A stretch of DNA of 64,000 nt from contig CACZYP010000001.1 in assembly GCA_902785425.1 (NCBI GenBank), positions 1 to 64,000 of the forward strand, given 5' to 3'. Source of the stretch: an uncultured Ruminococcus sp. (GTDB taxonomy: Bacteria > Bacillota > Clostridia > Oscillospirales > Acutalibacteraceae). The position numbers were made by a program, and so were the translations under genes. Position 1 is the stretch's first letter. The number at the start of each line of letters is the position of its first letter. This document shows, in pieces, positions 9,603 to 18,670 of the stretch. The notes beneath the pieces are model-generated. The model saw nothing but the letters and a program-made list of their open reading frames with translations, ran no database searches and had not been told where the DNA came from.

Positions 9603-11543
9603 TTACAGTGCCTTCGTTCTGATCTCTTCGAGAACGTCTTCAAGGAACTTCTCAACGCTCATAGCGCCGATGTCGCCCTGTTTTCTCGAACGAACGGAAA
9701 CAGTATTGGCTTCGATATCCTTGTCGCCGCAAAGCAGCATGTAAGGAACCTTTTCAAGCTGTGCTTCTCTGATCTTGTAGCCGATCTTTTCGCTTCTGTC
9801 GTCGATCTCGACACGAAGACCCTTTTCTTCGAGCTTTGCTTTTACCTCGTAGATGTAGTCAAGGTGTCTGTCTGCGATGGGCAGGAGCTTTACCTGAACG
9901 GGAGCGAGCCACATCGGGAATGCGCCTGCGTACTTCTCGATAAGAAGCGCAAGTGTTCTCTCGTAGCAGCCGATAGATGTTCTGTGAATGATGTAGGGGT
10001 TCTTTTTTGTACCGTCTTTGTCAACGTATTCCATGCCGAACTTCTCTGCGAGCATCTGGTCGATCTGTATGGTGATGAGCGTATCCTCTTTGCCGTGAAC
10101 GTTCTTGATCTGAATGTCGAGCTTCGGACCGTAGAATGCAGCTTCGCCGATACCGATCTTGTATGTTACACCGAGATCGTCAAGGATAGTCTTCATGATG
10201 CCCTGAGCTTCGTCCCACTGCTCTTCGGTGCCGATGTACTTTTCACGGTCGGTCGGATCCCACTGCGAGAAGCGGTAGGAAACATCGTCCTGAAGACCGA
10301 GCGTTGTGAGCATGAATGTGGTAAGTTCGAGGCACTTCTTGAACTCGTCTGCAAGCTGATCGGGACGGCACATAAGGTGTCCCTCGGAGATGGTGAACTG
10401 ACGAACTCTGATAAGACCGTGCATCTCGCCGCTTGCTTCGTTTCTGAACAGGGTAGAGGTCTCGTTGTAGCGCAGCGGAAGATCTCTGTAAGAGCGCTGC
10501 TTGTTGAGATATGCCTGATACTGGAACGGACATGTCATCGGGCGGAGAGCGTAGACCTCTTTGTCCTTTTCCTCGTCGCCGAGAACGAACATGCCGTCTT
10601 TATAGTGATCCCAGTGACCCGAGATCTTGTAAAGGTCGGACTTTGCCATGAACGGAGTTTTGGTGAGAAGCCAGCCTCTCTTCTGCTCCTCGTCCTCAAC
10701 GAAACGCTGTAAAAGCTGGATAACTCTTGCACCCTTAGGAAGCATGATCGGCAAGCCCTGACCGATATAATCTACGGTCGTGAAAAGCTCCAGCTCACGG
10801 CCGAGCTTGTTGTGATCTCTCTTCTTTGCCTCTTCGAGCATAGTGAGATGCTCTTCAAGCATAGACGCTTTCGGGAAAGCGGTTCCGTAAACTCTGCAAA
10901 GCTGAGCGTTGTTTGCGTCGCCTCTCCAGTAAGCGCCTGTACATGCGGTGAGCTTGAATGCTTTGAGCGGAGAAACGTTCATAAGGTGAGGGCCTGCGCA
11001 AAGATCGGTAAAGTCGCCCTGCTTGTAGAACGAGATTTTCTCGCCCTTATCGGAATGCTCCTTTGCAAGCTCTACCTTGTAAGGTTCGCCCATCTCTTCA
11101 AGAAGCTTTACAGCCTCATCGGGAGCAAGCTCAAAACGCTCAACTTCGATGCCGCTCTTTACGATAGCCTTCATCTCTTTGGTGATAGCTTCAAGGTCTT
11201 CGGGCGAGAATGCCTTTTCTACGTCGAAATCATAGTAAAAGCCGCCGTCGATAGCAGGACCGATAGCAAGCTTTGCGTTCGGGTAAAGATGCTTTACAGC
11301 CTGTGCAAGAACGTGCGAAGCGGTATGCCAGAATACCTTCTTGCCGTCCTCATCGTCAAAGGTTACGAGTTCAAGCTTGCAGTCCTTTGTAAGCGGAGTG
11401 CGGAGATCGCATACAACGTTGTCGATGCGTGCAGCGCAGCAGGACTTGTAAAGACCCATGCTTATAGATTTTGCGATTTCAGCAGCGGTAATGTTTTCTT
11501 CATACTGATTAACAACTCCGCCTTTAAGTTCAACATTGATCAT
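9603..11543 (-). CDS. thrS: Threonine--tRNA ligase paralog 2, full length with TGS, N2 editing, catalytic and anticodon-binding domains.
   Basis: The N-terminus is MINVELKGG…, with HTASHVLAQAV and class II motifs. It has an RBS GAGGTG. Confidence 0.93.
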   Translation of the reverse strand: MINVELKGGVVNQYEENITAAEIAKSISMGLYKSCCAARIDNVVCDLRTPLTKDCKLELVTFDDEDGKKVFWHTASHVLAQAVKHLYPNAKLAIGPAIDGGFYYDFDVEKAFSPEDLEAITKEMKAIVKSGIEVERFELAPDEAVKLLEEMGEPYKVELAKEHSDKGEKISFYKQGDFTDLCAGPHLMNVSPLKAFKLTACTGAYWRGDANNAQLCRVYGTAFPKASMLEEHLTMLEEAKKRDHNKLGRELELFTTVDYIGQGLPIMLPKGARVIQLLQRFVEDEEQKRGWLLTKTPFMAKSDLYKISGHWDHYKDGMFVLGDEEKDKEVYALRPMTCPFQYQAYLNKQRSYRDLPLRYNETSTLFRNEASGEMHGLIRVRQFTISEGHLMCRPDQLADEFKKCLELTTFMLTTLGLQDDVSYRFSQWDPTDREKYIGTEEQWDEAQGIMKTILDDLGVTYKIGIGEAAFYGPKLDIQIKNVHGKEDTLITIQIDQMLAEKFGMEYVDKDGTKKNPYIIHRTSIGCYERTLALLIEKYAGAFPMWLAPVQVKLLPIADRHLDYIYEVKAKLEEKGLRVEIDDRSEKIGYKIREAQLEKVPYMLLCGDKDIEANTVSVRSRKQGDIGAMSVEKFLEDVLEEIRTKAL

Positions 11544-11639
11544 TTAGATACACCTCATTAAAAATTGACAGTTGATAATATACAATTGAAATTGTATAAG
11601 CGAATATCGCTGACGTGGCATACGGCAATAGTTTTTGGA

Positions 11640-11990
11640 AAAAACAAAAACTGCGCCCCTTACAAAAGGGACGCAGTAATACTTTACCCGTGATTCCACC
11701 CAGATTCGGCATTATACAAAAAAGTATAACACCCTCATTGCGACGTTTAACGGAGTCAACCGTTCCGGCTTGTTACTGCCGGACTCTCGGAGGTGGTGTG
11801 CTTATCTGCTGTATTTACAAGCGCTCCCAGCCAATGACGCTTGCTCTCCGGAAATACCTCTGCAAAAAGCCGTCCTCGTCAACGATTTCGATCTATTGAG
11901 TTCATATTATCACAATCGGCAGCGGTTGTCAAGCATAAATAAAAGGATTTTAAGAAAGGTTCAAAAAAAGCGACTAAATGGAGCACTGTT
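11640..11990 (-). promoter_or_regulatory. T-box riboswitch leader of thrS paralog 2.
   Basis: In the minus sense the T-box core AATCTGGGTGGAATCACGGG is immediately followed by the terminator hairpin ctgcgtccc-ttttgtaa-ggggcgcag and a U-run (plus coordinates 11651-11710). Confidence 0.55.
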
Positions 11991-12395
11991 ATTGCGCAGA
12001 TAAAACGGACATCATCACAGATTGTCTGATGCGATCCGTACCGAATTCGATATATGTTAACAGCGCCAAACATTACAATGAAATTTATAGCAAGATGACA
12101 TAAATACAAACAATGCAAGTTTTGTGTTAAAAAAGTATTGCACATTTTGTTTTTACATTGTATAATATATCTAAATTCGCATCGTAAATAAAACGAAAAC
12201 AATGTTACGAACTTTGCAAAAACAGCGTATATCATTACACGTCAAATCAAGGTGAACTCTCGCCAACTATCACTTGGCTGCAAAATTAGCAGTAAAGCGC
12301 CATGCAAAACAAAGCTGCATCGGTACTGCCTGCGACTGCATGAACGCCTGATTTTGCGTGTTTTTTATGACAATTCAAAAACGAGGTGATTATTA

Positions 12396-14555
12396 ATGAA
12401 ACTAAAAAAAATGACGTGTATCATCTGTGCAGCCGCAATGCTTTCGACATTTGCCGCAGCACCCATCGGTCAGGCGAGTGCGTACACCATTGATGTGCAG
12501 GCAAGCACAAATCAGGAAACACCCGATGACGCACCGCACAATGAAGAAACTTTCACAAGCGGCGGCTATGAATATGTGACCGCCGAAAGCGGCGTAAAGA
12601 TCATAAAGTACACCGGCAGCGATAAAAACATTGATGTACCGTCAGAGATCGACGGCAAGAAAGTAACGACGATCGGCAGAGAATGTTTTGCTGACAACAA
12701 CAATGTTGAATCTATAACCATCCCCGAAGGCGTTACATCAATTGAAGATCAAGCTTTCAAGGGGTGTACATCGCTCAAAAACATATCTCTGCCCGATTCG
12801 CTCGTGCATTTTGAAAGCGAGGTATTTCAGGACTGTACTGCTATCGAAGAGGTAACGCTTCCGGACAACATAGACCCAGAGCAAATGGGCATCGGCACTT
12901 TCAGAGGCTGCTCATCGCTCAAAAAGGTAACACGTCCGCAGTACACTGCGTCTATCTATGAGTATTACGGCTGTTCCTCACTTGAATATGCTCCGCTCGA
13001 TGAAAATGCAATAGTGATCCCTCACTGCGTTTTCGAGGGCTGTACAAGTCTTAAAGAAGCTGCTATTCCCAAAGAAACAGAAAAGATTTTTCAGAGCGCA
13101 TTCAAAGACTGCGTAAATCTTGAAAAAGTCGTATTTGAGGGCAATACGGAAATAATAGACGGTGATTCCGAGGGCGACAACCCCGTATTCCACAACTGCC
13201 CGAAACTCACGATCTACGGCCACGACGGCAGCAACGCCGAAAAGTACGCAATAGAGCATGAGATACCGTTCGTTTCGCTCGATGTTTACACAAGCGGCGA
13301 TTATGAATACTGCATCGTTGACGGCACACTGAAAATAATGAAGTACAACGGCAGCACCGAAAATATAGAAGTTCCTGCCGAGCTTGACGGCATCAAGGTA
13401 ACATGGATATCGCTTGAAGTATTCGCAGGACATGAAGAGATCGTTTCCGTAAAGATACCGGAAGGCGTTATGCAGGTCGGTCATCAGGCATTTATGGGAT
13501 GCACGAATCTGAAAGAAGTGCAGTTCCCGAGCACGCTCAAAATACTCGGAAGCGGCGTTTTCAGAGATTGCAGATCTATCGAAGAGGTAACTATCCCCGA
13601 TTCCGTTGAAGATATGGGCATCGGAATGTTCCAGAACTGCAGCTCGCTCAAAAAGGTTACGCTGCCGAACTACAGCGTTTCGCCGTATATGTATTCGGGC
13701 TGTATCGCTCTTGAGTATGCTCCGCTCGACCTGAGCGAAGAAGCAGGCGACGTTATGCCGCTGATACCACACCGTGTATTTGAAAAATGTACAAGCCTAA
13801 GAGAAGTCACTATCCCGGTATACATGGAAAAGATATACGAGGGTGCATTTGCAGACTGCGAAAACCTTGAAAAGGCCGTATTCCTCGGCAACACCGAGAT
13901 AATCGACGGCACCGAGGGCGGCGACGAAGACGTATTCGTTCGCTGCCCGATGCTCACGATCTACGGCCACGACGGCAGCAACGCAGAAAAGTACGCCGCA
14001 GAGCATGAGATACCGTTTGTTTCGCTCGATAAGCCGCAATATAACACCTCCGACGAAGATTTGAACTGGGATTACGGAAAAACAGACGGCATAACATTAT
14101 CCGTAAAGCTCAGCAACGGAGCAAGTGCCGAAAAATTTGAGAGCTTTGAGATCGACGGCAAAACAGTAGATCCTAAGTATTACACCGTTACATCTTCCGA
14201 TGACGGCGTAAATATTACGCTCGATTACGAATACATGCAGACATTCGGCGTAGGTCTTTATAACTTGTGTGCGAAATTCGCCGACGGAGAGGTAACAACA
14301 AACCTCGTTGTTGATGCTGCGCCCGAGCCAAAAGGCATTTACGGCGATATAGATGGCGACGGTTTCATAACCGCAGCCGACGCTCTTGCGGTGCTTCGTG
14401 TCAGCGTAGAATTGGACGAATTCTCTCCCGAAGATCAAAAGAAAGCAGATATAGACAGTGACGGATCGATAACGGCGGCCGATGCGCTTGCTGTATTGAG
14501 ATTCAGTGTAGGAATATCTGACCAGGGTTCGATGATCGGGTCTGAAATAAACTGA
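12396..14555 (+). CDS. Secreted cell-surface protein with a signal peptide, two blocks of BspA-type leucine-rich repeats and a C-terminal type-I dockerin pair.
   Basis: The N-terminus is MKLKKMTCIICAAAMLSTFAAAP. Repeated LRR segments are present (EGVTSIEDQAFKGCTSLK…), along with two dockerin repeats (DIDGDGFITAADALAVLR and DIDSDGSITAADALAVLR). Confidence 0.8.
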   Translation: MKLKKMTCIICAAAMLSTFAAAPIGQASAYTIDVQASTNQETPDDAPHNEETFTSGGYEYVTAESGVKIIKYTGSDKNIDVPSEIDGKKVTTIGRECFADNNNVESITIPEGVTSIEDQAFKGCTSLKNISLPDSLVHFESEVFQDCTAIEEVTLPDNIDPEQMGIGTFRGCSSLKKVTRPQYTASIYEYYGCSSLEYAPLDENAIVIPHCVFEGCTSLKEAAIPKETEKIFQSAFKDCVNLEKVVFEGNTEIIDGDSEGDNPVFHNCPKLTIYGHDGSNAEKYAIEHEIPFVSLDVYTSGDYEYCIVDGTLKIMKYNGSTENIEVPAELDGIKVTWISLEVFAGHEEIVSVKIPEGVMQVGHQAFMGCTNLKEVQFPSTLKILGSGVFRDCRSIEEVTIPDSVEDMGIGMFQNCSSLKKVTLPNYSVSPYMYSGCIALEYAPLDLSEEAGDVMPLIPHRVFEKCTSLREVTIPVYMEKIYEGAFADCENLEKAVFLGNTEIIDGTEGGDEDVFVRCPMLTIYGHDGSNAEKYAAEHEIPFVSLDKPQYNTSDEDLNWDYGKTDGITLSVKLSNGASAEKFESFEIDGKTVDPKYYTVTSSDDGVNITLDYEYMQTFGVGLYNLCAKFADGEVTTNLVVDAAPEPKGIYGDIDGDGFITAADALAVLRVSVELDEFSPEDQKKADIDSDGSITAADALAVLRFSVGISDQGSMIGSEIN

Positions 14556-14621
14556 TAAGATCCGGGGCAGCAACATCACAATCGCTGCCCCGGAATATAA
14601 TTATAAAGGAGGCTGTCACTG

Positions 14622-16487
14622 ATGAGTGAAAGCAAAATAAAACGAGCCGGAAGTATTGCCGCAGCGCTGACTATGCTGCCGCTTGGTATGTTCTTCTCTT
14701 CGCAGACTGCTCTTGCTGCGGACAATTTGTCGGAGGATACAGTTATCCTCTATACTAACGACGTTCACTGCGGCATTGATACCGCCATCGGCTACGACGG
14801 ACTGAAACTCTATAAACGTGAGATGGAAGCAACGCATGAAAATGTGCTTCTTGTAGACGCAGGAGACGCTATCCAGGGCGGCCCGATAGGTACGCTTTCG
14901 GAAGGCGCCGATATCATCGAGTTTATGAACGCAGTCGGCTACGATGCCGTTGTCCCCGGCAACCACGAGTTTGATTACTCGATCCCGACTCTTCTTAAAC
15001 GCTCGCAGGAACTTGAATGTAATTATCTGTGCTGTAATTTCTTCGATACACGTACAAATGAGTCTGTTTTTATGCCGTATGAAATTTTTGATACAGGCGA
15101 CAGCAAGGTGGCATTTGTGGGGATAACGACGCCGGAAACTTTCCTCTCTTCCACCCCGACTTATTTTCAGGACGAAAACAGGAATTTTATCTACAGCTTC
15201 AGCGAAAGCGGTAATGATCTGTACGACGTCACTCAGAAAAGCATAGACAGCGCCCGTAACGACGGCGCAGATTACGTTATTCTGGTGGGGCATCTCGGTG
15301 AAACAGATAACGGCACAAACTGGCTTGCTATGGATGTTGTTGAGCACACAAACGGGGCAGATGCTCTTATCGACGGTCACTCACATCAGGAAACGCCGAT
15401 GCTCATGACAAAAAACAAAGACGGCAAGGAGATACCTGTTTCACAGACGGGAACGAAGCTCAATAACATAGGTAAAATGACCATATCATCGGACGGCAGC
15501 ATATCTACCGAGCTTATAGATACCGTACCGAAGCCATCTGATGATATGGATATATCTTCAGACAGCTATATAGAAAAAGTAGACGGCACGTACGGCGACA
15601 AAGAGATAAATGAAATGATCGCTGCAAAAAACAAAGAACTAAACGATATACTCGGCGAGGTGATAGGTACTGTATCATTTGAGCTTTACGACAGCGATCC
15701 CTCCACAGGTATCCGCAAAGTACGATACGGTGAAACAAATTTAGGCGATTTCATAAGCGACGCTATCAAAAACTACGCAGGAGCAGAGATAGGCTTATTT
15801 AACGGCGGCGGTATAAGAAGCAATATACCGGCAGGCGATATCACATACAATGATATCTGCACAGTGTTTCCGTACCGCAATAAGTTTGCTGCAAGCATGT
15901 TAACGGGACAGCAGATCCTTGATATACTTGAAGTAGGCTCTATGGTCTATCCTTCGGAAAACGGCTCATTTATACAACCCTCGGGTCTTGAATATACGAT
16001 AGACGAGAGTATACCAAGCTCTGTAAAGCTTGACGACCACCTGTGCTTTATCGCCGTTGACGGCGAATACCGTGTGAAAGATGTAAAGGTAAACGGCGAA
16101 CCTCTTGATCTTGACAGAATTTACTCCGTTGCCTCCTGCTCATACATGCTTATAGACGGCGGCGACTCGTCCGTAGTTTCCGGAAAGGTAACTCCCTACA
16201 AAAATTTTGAAGCCGCCGACGCCGATATAATTACGGAGTACATAAAAAACTATCTCAACGGAGTTATTCCCGAAAGCTATAAAGATCCTTCCGGTTCGGA
16301 CCGAATAAAGATCATCAACAGCAAAACAGACAAAACGGAAGAGAGCCAAAACGAAAGTACGCAAAACAGTGCTTCTCAGCCTGTTAAGTCGCCGAACACG
16401 GGAAGAAATACACCTATAGCGGCATCATGTGCGCTAATATTGATTTTCGGTGTATCGGCTGCGGCCGCACGAAAGAAGATAAAGTAA
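14622..16487 (+). CDS. Cell-wall anchored 5'-nucleotidase/metallophosphoesterase with a C-terminal SPNTG sortase motif.
   Basis: It has a signal peptide, a calcineurin-like phosphoesterase domain (GNHEFD), a 5'-nucleotidase C-terminal domain and a KSPNTG motif followed by a hydrophobic stretch and an RKKIK tail. Confidence 0.8.
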   Translation: MSESKIKRAGSIAAALTMLPLGMFFSSQTALAADNLSEDTVILYTNDVHCGIDTAIGYDGLKLYKREMEATHENVLLVDAGDAIQGGPIGTLSEGADIIEFMNAVGYDAVVPGNHEFDYSIPTLLKRSQELECNYLCCNFFDTRTNESVFMPYEIFDTGDSKVAFVGITTPETFLSSTPTYFQDENRNFIYSFSESGNDLYDVTQKSIDSARNDGADYVILVGHLGETDNGTNWLAMDVVEHTNGADALIDGHSHQETPMLMTKNKDGKEIPVSQTGTKLNNIGKMTISSDGSISTELIDTVPKPSDDMDISSDSYIEKVDGTYGDKEINEMIAAKNKELNDILGEVIGTVSFELYDSDPSTGIRKVRYGETNLGDFISDAIKNYAGAEIGLFNGGGIRSNIPAGDITYNDICTVFPYRNKFAASMLTGQQILDILEVGSMVYPSENGSFIQPSGLEYTIDESIPSSVKLDDHLCFIAVDGEYRVKDVKVNGEPLDLDRIYSVASCSYMLIDGGDSSVVSGKVTPYKNFEAADADIITEYIKNYLNGVIPESYKDPSGSDRIKIINSKTDKTEESQNESTQNSASQPVKSPNTGRNTPIAASCALILIFGVSAAAARKKIK

Positions 16488-16493
16488 TAAAGC

Positions 16494-16526
16494 AGCAGCG
16501 ACCTGATGATCGCTGCTGTTTTTATT
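16494..16526 (+). terminator. Rho-independent terminator after the 5'-nucleotidase gene.
   Basis: The hairpin is agcagcga-cctgatga-tcgctgct, followed by gtttttatt. Confidence 0.7.
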
Positions 16527-16558
16527 AAAAAATTTTTTTGAAAATATGTAAAGCACGC

Positions 16559-16587
16559 TTGACATTAAATGTAAAGTGTGCTATACT
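16559..16587 (+). promoter_or_regulatory. Promoter TTGACA-17-TATACT for the XRE regulator.
   Basis: It reads ttgacattaaatgtaaagtgtgctatact. Confidence 0.5.
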
Positions 16588-16634
16588 TTTATTGTAAAGT
16601 TAACTTTACCTTTCACGGAAGGAAGGTGATATTG

Positions 16635-16841
16635 GTGAAAAACAAAATACAAGAGCTTCGCAAGGCACGAAAGGTCACTCAGCAGGAGCTTGCCGATGCG
16701 CTGAACGTTACACGGCAAACTATCATCTCGCTTGAAAACGGGCGCTACAATGCTTCTCTGACGCTTGCGCACAAGGCGGCTCAATTCTTTTCGACTACGA
16801 TCGAAGAATTGTTCATTTTTGAAGACGAAGAAAACATTTAA
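16635..16841 (+). CDS. Small XRE-family helix-turn-helix transcriptional regulator of about 68 aa, with a GTG or TTG start after GGAAGG.
   Basis: It has the HTH region VTQQELADALNVTRQTIISLENGRY. Confidence 0.75.
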   Translation: MKNKIQELRKARKVTQQELADALNVTRQTIISLENGRYNASLTLAHKAAQFFSTTIEELFIFEDEENI

Positions 16842-16870
16842 TCATTGGTTACTTAACGGAGGATATCATT

Positions 16871-17302
16871 ATGGAAGAATTCAGAACAAAACTTCAGAGA
16901 AAAACAACAATAGTTACAGTTTTATGCTGTCTGCTGCCAATCATCACAATAGCGGCAAAAATGTTCTTCAAGCTTGAAAATGATTTTTCAAGCGGCATGA
17001 CGCTCGGCATTTGCTGCGGTTCAATGCTCGTTGTAGTGTATTATCTCGTCAGAAATTTCATGATCCTGCACAATGAAGAAAAGCTGAAAAAGCTTTATAT
17101 CGAGCAGACCGATGAGCGCAACGAAGCCATCTGCAAGGAAGCGATGAAAACATCAAGCTTTATTCTTATAATCGTTTTCGGCATCGCATCCATCATAACG
17201 GGCTTTATAGATCAGACGATCTGCATGACGCTCTGCGCCGTTATTTACACATCTGCTTTTGTAACAGTAGTTGTAAAGAAATACTACAGCTCAAAAATGT
17301 AA
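16871..17302 (+). CDS. Small membrane protein with 3-4 TM helices, partnered with the XRE regulator.
   Basis: It has an RBS ACGGAGG. The pairing of an HTH regulator with a membrane protein is a conserved gene-pair architecture. Confidence 0.6.
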   Translation: MEEFRTKLQRKTTIVTVLCCLLPIITIAAKMFFKLENDFSSGMTLGICCGSMLVVVYYLVRNFMILHNEEKLKKLYIEQTDERNEAICKEAMKTSSFILIIVFGIASIITGFIDQTICMTLCAVIYTSAFVTVVVKKYYSSKM

Positions 17303-17437
17303 AAACATACCGAACAAACAGCACCGGGAACGGCATTATGTAAGCCGTTCCCGGTATTTTTGCTAAATTTGAAACAAAAAGACTTTCTTTACTATATCAT
17401 TCTTTTGACAACCAAACGATTGACTTTATACAATATC

Positions 17438-17483
17438 AAGCGGCAAAGCCGCTTCTGAAATTGTCCATTGTCAATTGTCAATT
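17438..17483. repeat. Family A fragment (hairpin gcggcaaagccgc followed by gaaattgtccattgtcaattgtcaatt). It supplies the last codons and the TGA stop of coaBC.
   Basis: It matches the heptamer end of the family A elements. Confidence 0.6.
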
Positions 17484-18670
17484 CTGTTAAGGATCTCGTC
17501 AAAGATCCTGTTCGCTGCTTCCGTTTTTGTCATAAGGGGCAGAACGGTCGAGCCTGACTGCGTTATCAGTGTGATAACATTCGTATCAACACCAAAGCCT
17601 GCGCCCTCCGTTTTCAGATTATTTGCGGCTACCATGTCGAGATTTTTCTTTTGCAGCTTCTTTGTCGAGTTTTCCACAAGATCTTCCGTTTCCATGGAAA
17701 AACCGCAGAGGAACTGCGTCGTTTTGCGTCTGCCAAGCTCGGCAAGGATATCGGGGGTGCGCTCGAATTCAATGGTAAGAGCGCCGTCGTGCTTCTTTAT
17801 CTTATTGTCTGCCGTTGTTTTCGGGCGGTAATCGGCAACAGCCGCAGCCTTTACAACGATATCCGTATTATCAAACCGCTCTGTAACTGCATCGTACATT
17901 TCCTGCGCAGTAGTAACATTGACAACATTTACAAACATAGGCAGCTTTGCCTCGGTGTGAGCAGCAACAAGCGTTACCTCAGCGCCTCGAAGCATTGCTA
18001 TTTCCGCTAAAGCGATACCCATCTTTCCGGTCGAGTGATTCGTAACAAAGCGCACGGGGTCAAAAGGCTCTCTCGTAGCGCCTGCCGTAATAAGAACTCG
18101 TTTTCCTGTCATATCCTTTTCAAATGCGCACTCACGCAGGATATATTTGAACAGAGTATCTTCATCGGGCATTCTGCCGTCACCCATGTCGCCGTTTGCA
18201 AGCATACCGTGCGCAGGCTCGACTATCTCATAACCGAAGCGCCTGAGCTTTTCGATATTGTCCTGCACGATCGGGTTGTGATACATATTGTGATTCATGG
18301 CAGGGGAGACTATTTTTTTGCATGTGCATGCCATAACGGTAGTTGTCAGCATATCGTCGGCAATGCCGTTTGCGACCTTTCCGATAACGTTTGCGCTTGC
18401 CGGAGCGATCATAACAACATCGGCACGCTTTGCAAGAGCGACGTGCTCAACGCTGTACCTGAAATTCCTGTCAAACGTATCGATAAGGCACTTGTTGCCT
18501 GTGAGTGATTCAAACGTTATCGGGTTGATAAAATTTTCGGCGTTTTTAGTCATGAGCACCTGTACGTCTGCACCTGCTTTTTTGCACATACGTGCAAGAT
18601 TTGCGATCTTATACGCCGCTATGCTGCCCGTAACTCCGAGAACGACCGTTTTGTTTTCAAGCATTTTCAT
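17471..18670 (-). CDS. coaBC: Bifunctional phosphopantothenoylcysteine decarboxylase / phosphopantothenate-cysteine ligase.
   Basis: It has a flavoprotein N-terminal domain (GVTGSIAAYK) and a DFP C-terminal domain. Confidence 0.92.
   Translation of the reverse strand: MKMLENKTVVLGVTGSIAAYKIANLARMCKKAGADVQVLMTKNAENFINPITFESLTGNKCLIDTFDRNFRYSVEHVALAKRADVVMIAPASANVIGKVANGIADDMLTTTVMACTCKKIVSPAMNHNMYHNPIVQDNIEKLRRFGYEIVEPAHGMLANGDMGDGRMPDEDTLFKYILRECAFEKDMTGKRVLITAGATREPFDPVRFVTNHSTGKMGIALAEIAMLRGAEVTLVAAHTEAKLPMFVNVVNVTTAQEMYDAVTERFDNTDIVVKAAAVADYRPKTTADNKIKKHDGALTIEFERTPDILAELGRRKTTQFLCGFSMETEDLVENSTKKLQKKNLDMVAANNLKTEGAGFGVDTNVITLITQSGSTVLPLMTKTEAANRIFDEILNRIDN

Noticed and set aside
9864-10712. 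282-aa plus-strand ORF. Similar cases are 19898-20935 (345 aa, minus), 23064-23705, 25932-26900 and 12978-13772.
   Set aside because: Each is embedded antisense within a confidently identified gene (thrS, aspS, the flotillin gene, glgP or the LRR protein gene).
11615-12003. Small plus-strand ORFs (94 and 77 aa) between thrS and the LRR gene.
   Set aside because: The region is better explained as the T-box leader and promoter of thrS (minus strand). The ORFs have no RBS.
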